64,000 nucleotides of DNA from positions 38,890-102,889 of the forward strand of contig CAMJYM010000002.1 in NCBI GenBank assembly GCA_946220865.1. Reading direction: 5' to 3'. The notes below the pieces were generated by a model. It worked only from the letters and a program-made list of their open reading frames with translations. It had not been told where the DNA came from and did no database searches. This DNA is from an uncultured Clostridia bacterium (lineage in GTDB: Bacteria; Bacillota; Clostridia; Saccharofermentanales; DTU023). The position numbers and the translations under genes were made by a program. Of the stretch, positions 8,660 through 15,453 are shown piece by piece (position 1 is the first letter of the stretch; each line of letters starts with the position of its first letter).

Positions 8660-10033
8660 CTACTCTCCCGTGCTTTTCGCTGTGGCCTTAAGCTTGTTCA
8701 TCTGTTCAAGCTTCGCCAAAAGTGTACCTTTATCTTCTTCACTCAAGCTTGCCCATTTTGCCACAATTCCGAGTCTATGGGCAAGTTCCTCCAGATCTCT
8801 GGTCGCTGCTTCAGCCAGGCGAGATCCGTCACTGCCATTATGCATGAGGTCAAAGAGGGTACTGCGCATCATCTTGGCAGCGCTGGGGAACATGACAGTA
8901 AATTCACTGCCCCGGGTCAGGGTCGAGCTGACGCTGATCGTCCCCTGATGCAGCTCCACAAGTTCGCGAACGATAGCCAGGCCCAGGCCTCGCCCTCCAT
9001 TATGGCGTGAACGGGAGTCATCGACGCGATAAAAACGTTCGAAGATATGCTTCTGATCTTCTTCTGAAATGCCACACCCATCGTCTTTAACCTTGACGTA
9101 GACTTCGTCCCGCAGACAGCCGACATAGACCTGGATTTCACCCATCTCCCGCCCATATTTAATGGCGTTCGAGATAAGATTGACGACAATGCGGTCAAGC
9201 TGCGTGCGGTCAGCATAAACTGGCGGCACCTGAGAAACCACGTGGCAAGTCATGCGAATTTTTTTGGGCTTGGTCTGGTCCTGCATACGCTCCACAATCA
9301 GCTTGATGAGCCTGGCAAAGTCCAGCGCCTCGACATGCAGACTCCGGTTGATGCTGTTTTCGTCCAGGCTGGAAAGAAGGTAGAGATCATCGATCAATTT
9401 CTCCATCAGGATGGAGTCGTCATAAATTTTGCTGACATCTTTTTTGATCTGAGCAGGTGTTTTCTCCGCAATACCCCAGTCAATGAGCGATTCAGAATAA
9501 GATTTTATCGTGGTGAGCGGCGTCCGCAGCTCGTGGGAAACGTTAGATACAAATTCCTTACGCTGCCGCTCCTCGCCAAATTGGCGCGTAACATCGCGCA
9601 GCATGGCAATATGGCTGTCGGCTGCCGATTGTTTTTCGCGCACGGCAAGAACTTTAAGATAAATCATGTTGCGGCCTTCGCGCAAAATGGCATCGGCACC
9701 GGACTTACCAAGGAAAAGTTGGGAGCGCAGGCTATTTTCCTCACCATAGCGATCGAGAAACTGAAGAAAATCCTGAGGGATATCTGACAAAAGCTCATGA
9801 GCGGCAGTATTTGAAATCGCCAGCTGATCCTTTTGATCATAGTAGAGTACACCCAGATCAATGGAAGAAAGAATCATCTTCGCCTGGCCTTCCTGTCGGG
9901 TCAGGCTCTGATTTTTTTCCGCCAGCTCTTGCTCCATTTGACGGCTTACATGTTTAATTTCATTTTTGCAGAGAAACCAGGCCAGAATGGAGACCACCGC
10001 AAAACTGGCCAGGACCGCGATTACAATTTCCAT
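8660..10033 (-). CDS. sensor histidine kinase (WalK/VicK-like, short form)
   Basis: It has an N-terminal TM helix, the HisKA H-box SHELRTPLT, and HATPase N/G boxes (NLISNAIKY, DDGCGI, GGRGLGLAI). A helical tail of about 75 aa follows the ATPase domain. Confidence 0.9.
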   Translation of the reverse strand: MEIVIAVLASFAVVSILAWFLCKNEIKHVSRQMEQELAEKNQSLTRQEGQAKMILSSIDLGVLYYDQKDQLAISNTAAHELLSDIPQDFLQFLDRYGEENSLRSQLFLGKSGADAILREGRNMIYLKVLAVREKQSAADSHIAMLRDVTRQFGEERQRKEFVSNVSHELRTPLTTIKSYSESLIDWGIAEKTPAQIKKDVSKIYDDSILMEKLIDDLYLLSSLDENSINRSLHVEALDFARLIKLIVERMQDQTKPKKIRMTCHVVSQVPPVYADRTQLDRIVVNLISNAIKYGREMGEIQVYVGCLRDEVYVKVKDDGCGISEEDQKHIFERFYRVDDSRSRHNGGRGLGLAIVRELVELHQGTISVSSTLTRGSEFTVMFPSAAKMMRSTLFDLMHNGSDGSRLAEAATRDLEELAHRLGIVAKWASLSEEDKGTLLAKLEQMNKLKATAKSTGE

Positions 10034-10038
10034 GCGGA

Positions 10039-10743
10039 CTAGGCCTCAGCACAATCCTTATTGAAGTAGTAGCCCACACCGCGTTTCGTCAGGAGATAGC
10101 GGTAGTTGTTCTGATCAGGTTCAACCTTTTCGCGCGTGCGGCGAACAGTCACATCCACCGTGCGGACATCGCCGTAATATTCGTAGCCCCAGACTTTTTC
10201 CAACAGCGTCTCGCGCGAAAAAACCTGACCGGCATAACGAGCCAGAAAGCGCAGCAGCTCAAATTCACGCAGGGTCAGAGGGAGTGTCTCACCCCCGCGG
10301 GTCACTTCATAGGCTTCCTGATCGATGACCAGGTCACCAAAGACCAACTGGTGATCATCGCTATGATCCGTTTCCGCATAATTGATGCGGCGAATTTGCG
10401 CCTTGACGCGCGCCATGACCTCACGCACACTGAAGGGCTTCGTAATGTAGTCGTCTGCTCCAAGTTCCAGGCCAAGAACCTTGTCGATTTCTTCCGACTT
10501 CGCCGTCAGCATGATAATGGGAACAGAACTATGCAGGCGGACTTTGCGGCAAACATCAAAGCCATCCATCCCAGGCAGCATACAGTCCAGTAAAATCAGA
10601 TCAGGATTCTCATTCAGGGCCAGCTGCAGGGCCTGATGACCATCATAGGCGGCAATGACCTCGTAACCATTACGTTCCAGATTCGCAGTCAGAATATCGA
10701 CAATATTACTCTCATCATCGACAACCAAAACTTTTGCAGCCAT
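10039..10743 (-). CDS. OmpR/PhoB-family response regulator (WalR-like)
   Basis: The receiver domain shows VLVVDDE...DLILLDCMLPGMDG...LTAK. A C-terminal winged helix shows ...RTVDVTVRRTREKVE...LLTKRGVGY. Its stop lies 5 nt from the kinase start. Confidence 0.92.
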   Translation of the reverse strand: MAAKVLVVDDESNIVDILTANLERNGYEVIAAYDGHQALQLALNENPDLILLDCMLPGMDGFDVCRKVRLHSSVPIIMLTAKSEEIDKVLGLELGADDYITKPFSVREVMARVKAQIRRINYAETDHSDDHQLVFGDLVIDQEAYEVTRGGETLPLTLREFELLRFLARYAGQVFSRETLLEKVWGYEYYGDVRTVDVTVRRTREKVEPDQNNYRYLLTKRGVGYYFNKDCAEA

Positions 10744-10983
10744 GAACAGCCTCCTTGACTTTCCTCACTTCAATAACACTCGCGCTGCTGCGCAGATTTC
10801 TGCCCCTCAGCCTGACTCAAAACAGACTCCCATCCATGCGTGGGCTTCTGCCCCTACGGAGACTCCTGCCTTCCGGGGCTTGTTAAGGGCAGGTCTTCAA
10901 ACTTCATCTATTGTAACATAAGCTGCACAGGCTTCGCTCACTTTACTCACGGCATAAATTCAACTACAATACAAAAGCGCCTT

Positions 10984-11058
10984 GCCCCAGTGGCCTAATG
11001 GATAAGGCAGCAGTTTCCGGAGCTGCTGATACGGGTTCAATTCCTGTCTGGGGCGCCA
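10984..11058 (+). tRNA. tRNA-Arg (anticodon CCG)
   Basis: Cloverleaf folded by hand: acceptor GCCCCAG/CTGGGGC; D stem GCCT/AGGC; anticodon stem GCAGT/GCTGC with loop TTCCGGA (anticodon CCG); T stem ACGGG/CCTGT with loop TTCAATT; discriminator G; encoded CCA. Confidence 0.9.
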
Positions 11059-11061
11059 GCG

Positions 11062-11097
11062 AGGTCTCCTCACAGCAGTGTAGGAGACCTTTTTTTC
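11062..11097 (+). terminator. Rho-independent terminator after tRNA-Arg
   Basis: Perfect 9-bp stem AGGTCTCCT/AGGAGACCT with an 11-nt loop, followed by TTTTTTC. Confidence 0.75.
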
Positions 11098-11214
11098 TTC
11101 TTGATAAGCACATCCTTACGCTCATGAAATGCACATTTCCAAACGTATCAAAGCAACACATTAGACTCATAAAAGGAAATCTTCCTGCTCATCACAGCAA
11201 ATCACAAGGTAACG

Positions 11215-11440
11215 ATGAAGCTCCGCGGACTTGTCCTCTGTGTCATCGTTCATGTCCCGGCTTTCGGCCTCTTCGGCTATGCTTTGATGCGCTGTCTGAA
11301 TGATCTGGCCGGGCACGGTTGCAAGCGACTCGAACTGAAAATCTATGCCGCTGGGCATCATGAAATTTTTAATGAAAGTCAAACAAAAGCAGGGGTTTAG
11401 CAGAATATTCTGAGCTGGTGTGGGTCGCTGCTTTAATCGG
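11215..11440 (+). pseudogene. remnant of an alpha/beta hydrolase paralogue (internally deleted 3' fragment)
   Basis: It translates to LRGLVLCVIVHVPAFGLFGYALMRCLNDLAGHGCKRLELKIYAAGHHEIFNESQTKAGV*. This aligns with two separated parts of the 488-1405 product (LAGLILCGTVHVPSFG... and ...FGLFGYAPKRCHKDLERHGCQQLKLKIYEEGRHEIFNESRIKAEV). The N-terminal roughly 150 aa, including the GxSxG Ser, are absent, and a premature stop precedes the conserved Q(D/N)ILS tail. Confidence 0.75.
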
Positions 11441-12026
11441 TCCATTGGGCCAGCTCCGCCTCGACGGAGTCTTCTGTCTCCTGCATGGCCGTCAGCGTTT
11501 TCTCAAAGAGTTCACTGAGCTCCCAGCCCAGCTGTTCGGCTCCCCGGCTGATCGTCGGCCGATCGCAGCCCGCGGCAAAGGACTTGTCCTTGAATTTTTT
11601 CTTGACGCTCTTCACGTCCATATCCTTTGTACTTTTGGAAGGACGGACAAGCGAGGCAGACCAGATCAGACCGGTGAGCTCATCGACGGCAAAAAGGACT
11701 TTTTCCATCTCTTTTTCCGGCTTCACATCGCTGCAGGAGCCGTAGCCATGAGAAACCACGGCATGAATCAGCTCGTCGGAGTAGCCCTTCTCCTGGAGGA
11801 TTTCCCGGGCTTTCTGACAGTGCTGCTCAGGGAACTTTTCAAAATCAATATCGTGCAGGATGCCCGCCTGTTCCCAAAACTTAGCTTCATTTTCATATCC
11901 CAGCTTTTTCGCCAGATTCGACATGACAGCTCCAACCGTCAGGGCATGACGTAAATGAAAGGGATCCTGATTGTATTCGCGCAAATCCGCGATGACTTCG
12001 TCTCGGCTTTTCATCATTTCCTGCAC
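11433..12026 (-). CDS. HD/HDIG-domain metal-dependent phosphohydrolase
   Basis: 197 aa with ...LRHALTVGAVM... and ...GILHDIDFEKF... (H...HD...D pattern). Confidence 0.8.
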   Translation of the reverse strand: MQEMMKSRDEVIADLREYNQDPFHLRHALTVGAVMSNLAKKLGYENEAKFWEQAGILHDIDFEKFPEQHCQKAREILQEKGYSDELIHAVVSHGYGSCSDVKPEKEMEKVLFAVDELTGLIWSASLVRPSKSTKDMDVKSVKKKFKDKSFAAGCDRPTISRGAEQLGWELSELFEKTLTAMQETEDSVEAELAQWTD

Positions 12027-12268
12027 TTCGCTTTCCTTGATTTGATTTTATTGTATCATTTCCGGAAACTAAGCATGAATCACGTTCAAAGCTGAATATC
12101 CGGCAGAATTGGTATGTCATAGTCGAAAGATCAATAAATCGGATTCGAGGGTGTGGACAAAATTTTAAGGTGTGGAGGTTTTACCCGATTGAGGACCAAC
12201 CTCAGTGCCGTAAAGCTCGGCTGGATGCCTGCTTTAGTTTCGGATTTTTAGAATTTCAAACAAAATTT

Positions 12269-12282
12269 CGATTAGTGGATGG
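12269..12282. repeat. inverted copy of the repeat core (CGATTAGTGGATGG = reverse complement of CCATCCACTAATCG)
   Basis: It matches positions 2-15 of the 27-nt repeat units located 37 nt away, in the opposite orientation. Confidence 0.7.
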
Positions 12283-12318
12283 TTAGTCTTGGCAAACTAA
12301 GACCCAGATCATTCATTA

Positions 12319-12457
12319 CCCACCCACTACTGGAGAACTTGCACGCCAAACCATCCACTACTGGGATTCTTGCACAAGGGCCCATCCATTAGTCGCTAAG
12401 TTGCATTAAATTCAGAAAAACCAAAGGAAAACCACCCATTACTCGAAACGTTGCACG
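12319..12457. repeat. four degenerate 27-nt direct repeats (iteron-like array)
   Basis: Units: 12319 CCCACCCACTACTGGAGAACTTGCACG; 12350 ACCATCCACTACTGGGATTCTTGCACA; 12381 CCCATCCATTAGTCGCTAAGTTGCATT; 12431 ACCACCCATTACTCGAAACGTTGCACG. Start-to-start spacing is 31, 31 and 50 nt. The invariant core is CCA-y-CCA-y-TA-s-T-s-G ... TTGCA. Confidence 0.8.
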
Positions 12458-12479
12458 AAAAAGGGTAGCTACCTGGCGC

Positions 12480-12506
12480 AAAAAAGGACGTCCCTGAGGA
12501 CGTCCT
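12480..12506 (-). terminator. Rho-independent terminator of rpmB
   Basis: On the minus strand, a 9-bp stem AGGACGTCC/GGACGTCCT with a 4-nt loop is followed by TTTTT. It lies 60 nt downstream of the rpmB stop. Confidence 0.75.
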
Positions 12507-12567
12507 GAATTTCTGCCTTAAAACTGTGAGGCGCAGCGCTAAGAAGCGCAACGCTGCGAGCTGCAGT

Positions 12568-12765
12568 TTACGCGCGTTTTACCGCACCGGAACGGAGGCA
12601 GCGAGTGCAGACATGCATCGTCTGAGGAACTCCATCGACCAGCACACGGACACGCTTGACATTGGCTTTCTGCTCCACTTTCGCGCGGCGTGAAATCTGA
12701 GAACGAGTGATGCGAATCTTTCTGCCAAAAAACATATCCTTTTCGCAAATATCACATTTGGCCAT
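12568..12765 (-). CDS. rpmB: 50S ribosomal protein L28
   Basis: MAKCDICEKDMFFGRKIRITRSQISRRAKVEQKANVKRVRVLVDGVPQTMHVCTRCLRSGAVKRA follows the L28 pattern, including the CxxC...CxxC pairs. Confidence 0.92.
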   Translation of the reverse strand: MAKCDICEKDMFFGRKIRITRSQISRRAKVEQKANVKRVRVLVDGVPQTMHVCTRCLRSGAVKRA

Positions 12766-13042
12766 TATTTCCACCTCCTGTTAGTTTTTCAAATCAGCGT
12801 TCATTAAGATATCACAACTCAGCGAAGCGTGCAAGTGCGATTTTAAGAACGCGGGCACTTTATGCTTCAATGGAGTACCCCTGACAAACAGACATCTGGC
12901 TCAGATGGTATATTGCTGTTTGTGCTCAAAATGAAATCTAGTATAGCGATCTCTAAATGAATAGGCACTAAGATTTCGTCAAATACCTGATATTCAGGCA
13001 TTTGACAAAAATATAATATCTAGCTAATTAAAAACAAAAATA

Positions 13043-13318
13043 CTAATTCTCGTAAATCTCTCTGCGATGACCAACAGCGAGGGCCAGGATGATGAGTTTG
13101 TCATCATCAATGATGCAAATAAGGCGATAATCACCTATGCGATACCTCCACTGCCCCTTTCTATTGCCGGCCAGAGCTTTACCCAGTAAACGCGGGTTCG
13201 CTGTCTCCGTTAGATTCTTCTCAATCCAGCCTCGCAAAATTCTTTGAGTATATTTGTCACATTTTCTAAATTCTTTTTTAAACCGTTCCGTGACCTCAAG
13301 CCTGTATTTCTGCATCAC
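13043..13318 (-). CDS. relE: type II toxin, RelE/StbE (ParE superfamily) mRNA interferase
   Basis: 91 aa: ...YRLEVTERFKKEFRKCDKYTQRILRGWIEKNL...GNRKGQWRYRIGDYRLICIIDDDKLIILALAVGHRREIY. It overlaps the upstream antitoxin ORF by 23 nt. Confidence 0.85.
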   Translation of the reverse strand: MMQKYRLEVTERFKKEFRKCDKYTQRILRGWIEKNLTETANPRLLGKALAGNRKGQWRYRIGDYRLICIIDDDKLIILALAVGHRREIYEN

Positions 13319-13529
13319 ACTCTCTCCAGAAATCAGCTATTGAGGTCGATTTGCAGCCACTTTCAACATAGTCCTGATAGGCTTCATCGGCCAGTACAAG
13401 ATCATACTCATCCTCAATGCGTTCAAACAAAGCGCGCTTAAAGGCTTCACCCAGAGAAATTGCATGAAGCCTTGCATAACTTTCTGCAAGAGCTTTTTCT
13501 TCCTCTGTTAAACGAATGGAAAAGGCCAT
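13296..13529 (-). CDS. relB: type II antitoxin (RelB/RHH-type)
   Basis: MAFSIRLTEEEKALAESYARLHAISLGEAFKRALFERIEDEYD... looks like a ribbon-helix-helix N-terminus. A strong RBS GGAAGGAGG precedes ATG 13529. The longer start at 13559 would fall inside the predicted promoter. Confidence 0.75.
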   Translation of the reverse strand: MAFSIRLTEEEKALAESYARLHAISLGEAFKRALFERIEDEYDLVLADEAYQDYVESGCKSTSIADFWRECDAEIQA

Positions 13530-13557
13530 AACGCACCCCTCCTTCCTGCTGTAGTTC

Positions 13558-13586
13558 ATTGTACTGCACCGTATATAAACTGTCCA
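13558..13586 (-). promoter_or_regulatory. sigma-A-type promoter for relBE
   Basis: Minus strand: TGGACA, 17 nt, TACAAT. The -10 lies about 30 nt upstream of the antitoxin ATG. Confidence 0.45.
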
Positions 13587-13621
13587 CTTACCTGCCTCCG
13601 AGCAGTGAAACCTTCTCTCGT

Positions 13622-15016
13622 TTATCGAACAGGCGATACTGTGTGGCTTCCGATATTCACGGGAGACTGACTCTGGAACAGGGCGTGCTCTCTCGTTTCC
13701 ATTTTTTCTTCGCGCAGAATCTTCAGCGTTCCCCCCTCGCTGCTCAGCAGGTAGCTTATCAAACCATTGGGCAGAGGGCCTATTCCCGTTTTAACTTCAC
13801 GTCCGTCGATACGGACGAGGTGTTCCTCATAAACCGATATAAAAACAAAGGGGCCGAAGCGTTTGACCTCCATATCCTGATAACGGTGCAGCAACATTTC
13901 CGGATAATAAGGTGCTTCTGACGCTACGCTGGCCTCAGGGCATTTCTCATGTTCGCGTTGAAGCAAATAGCTCAGTCCCTTCCAAGTGCTCGACTCCTTT
14001 TGCACGAAGGTCGTTAATTGAGAAAGGTCACTCTCAGGATTTTGCAGCATTTTTTCCAATGTCGAGTGGTAGGACAACAGAAAATCTTGTATTTTGTCAC
14101 GTTCGTCCTTCTGTGTGACGGGAATAACGCCTTGATCCTCCTTAAGCATGAAACCATTCTGCCGGAAATAATCTTTCATCTGGCTGCGGGAAGTCTTATA
14201 AAAGAACGACTCAAAGGTTTCGCGCTGCTCCTGGGAAAGGCTCGCAAAAAGCTTCTCCATGTGATCTTTGAAGGAATCCGAAGTGGAGACCGGCGCTTCT
14301 TCATCCGCCTGCATCTCACAAATTTTCAACTGCCCCTGTCGCAGCTCCAGCTCGTAGTGCTTATAACCGCTCCTCAGGAGCGGATATTCGGGATAGGCAT
14401 AGATCCCATTTTTCAGGGCATAGGCCTTGACCTCCTGAGGCCAGGAGGCCAGGTCATGCTCTTCAAAGACATCGGCTGTAATGCGATTCTCAGACCTTTC
14501 AATGTGCCATTTTTTATACAAACTGCCCTGGAATTCCACCAGGTCCGCATCGACAAGTTCGGGATGCTCAAACAGCTGGCATTTCGTGCGCAACACATCA
14601 TCCAGCAACACATTCTGCATGATGCGCATTTTTTCGTCCTCCAAATCCAGATAGCGGCCTATCTCCTCTTCGCTGACGTCCAGCTCATTTGTCATGAGGA
14701 CCACGCTGCGATGAAACGAACGAATAAAATCTTTGACCTCTTCATCCGTCACATCATCAAGGGGCCGAACACTGGTCACCGGGCTTCCGGAGCACGCGCC
14801 GCTGGCTAACCCGGCAGAAGCAACGTGCTGCTTGCCGCCATTAGTAAGCCTGAGAGCCGAAGTTTCAGTTCGTTCAGCAGAAGAGCCACCGTTTCGGCCA
14901 TCGCTACCCGCCGAAGCAAAACAATCTCCTGCCTTCCCCTGGAGCGCAATAATGAGAATAAAGCAGCACAGGAGCAAGACAGCAACTTTCAGAAAATCCT
15001 TATGAACATTCATCAT
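13622..15016 (-). CDS. hypothetical secreted or membrane-anchored protein
   Basis: 464-aa ORF with an N-terminal hydrophobic helix (FLKVAVLLLCCFILIIAL) and a Gly/Ser-rich linker. I recognise no motif. It is AT-richer than its neighbours, and its 3' end is duplicated at 15262-15417. Confidence 0.7.
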   Translation of the reverse strand: MMNVHKDFLKVAVLLLCCFILIIALQGKAGDCFASAGSDGRNGGSSAERTETSALRLTNGGKQHVASAGLASGACSGSPVTSVRPLDDVTDEEVKDFIRSFHRSVVLMTNELDVSEEEIGRYLDLEDEKMRIMQNVLLDDVLRTKCQLFEHPELVDADLVEFQGSLYKKWHIERSENRITADVFEEHDLASWPQEVKAYALKNGIYAYPEYPLLRSGYKHYELELRQGQLKICEMQADEEAPVSTSDSFKDHMEKLFASLSQEQRETFESFFYKTSRSQMKDYFRQNGFMLKEDQGVIPVTQKDERDKIQDFLLSYHSTLEKMLQNPESDLSQLTTFVQKESSTWKGLSYLLQREHEKCPEASVASEAPYYPEMLLHRYQDMEVKRFGPFVFISVYEEHLVRIDGREVKTGIGPLPNGLISYLLSSEGGTLKILREEKMETREHALFQSQSPVNIGSHTVSPVR

Positions 15017-15261
15017 AAGCCCCCTTGTGTTTTGATTCCCTCAAAACTTCCATGGCCGAGCCACGCTGGCGCAAAAACAGCTTTAACTAAAGATCCGTTC
15101 AAAGCTCAGGAGAAGCGCTTCAAGTTTTTGCGCTTCCTCAAGGCTTAAGTTGCCCATGGTCTTCCTTCTTATTTTCTACACATGTTCTGCAAAGTTTATC
15201 TTCTGATATTTTAACGCATCATTAAGTAGATCAGGTAACTTTCGTCGTTTTAATCTCTCTA

Positions 15262-15417
15262 CGGACAGGCGATGCTGATGGGCTTCCGATATTCACGGGC
15301 GACTGACTCTGAAACAGGGCGTGCTCTCTCGTTTCCATTTTTTCTTCGCGCAGAATTTTCAGCGTTCTCCCCCTCACTGCTCAGCAGGTAGTTCATCAAG
15401 CCATTGGGCAGAGGGAC
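15262..15417 (-). pseudogene. orphan 3'-terminal fragment of a paralogue of the 13622-15016 gene
   Basis: About 155 nt are roughly 90% identical by eye (about 13 mismatches plus a 1-nt indel) to 13626-13780. A stop codon is retained at the equivalent position (CTA at 15259-15261 = TAG). There is no upstream coding continuation. Confidence 0.7.
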
Positions 15418-15453
15418 ACATGGTAAAAATCTATAGAGGCTATATGGTCTTGC

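Noticed and set aside
10744-10983. A WalR-type direct repeat (TGTWAH-N5-TGTWAH) looked for upstream of the WalRK-like operon (…TTGTAACATAAGCTGCACA…).
   Set aside because: Only the first half-site fits. The second (CTGCAC) deviates at key positions, so the evidence is not enough to call a binding site.
11215-11400. The 61-aa ORF from the supplied track as a genuine small gene.
   Set aside because: It is a truncated, internally deleted homologue of the 3' part of the 488-1405 hydrolase gene. It has a premature stop and no catalytic N-terminal half, so I annotated it as a pseudogene remnant.
12137-12160. ATCGGATTCGAGGGTG resembles the 5' region of tmRNA (…GGATTCGACNGGG…), raising the possibility of an ssrA gene or remnant in the rpmB/HD spacer.
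   Set aside because: There is no 5' GGGG acceptor strand, no tRNA-like 3' end (GGTTCGAxTCC...CCACCA) on either strand within 500 nt, and no tag-peptide reading frame. I treat the similarity as fortuitous.
12319-12457. A possible CRISPR array suggested by the regularly spaced repeats.
   Set aside because: The repeats are degenerate. The 'spacers' are only 4-5 nt (23 nt before the last unit). There are only four units and no cas genes in the window. I report it as an iteron-like array instead.
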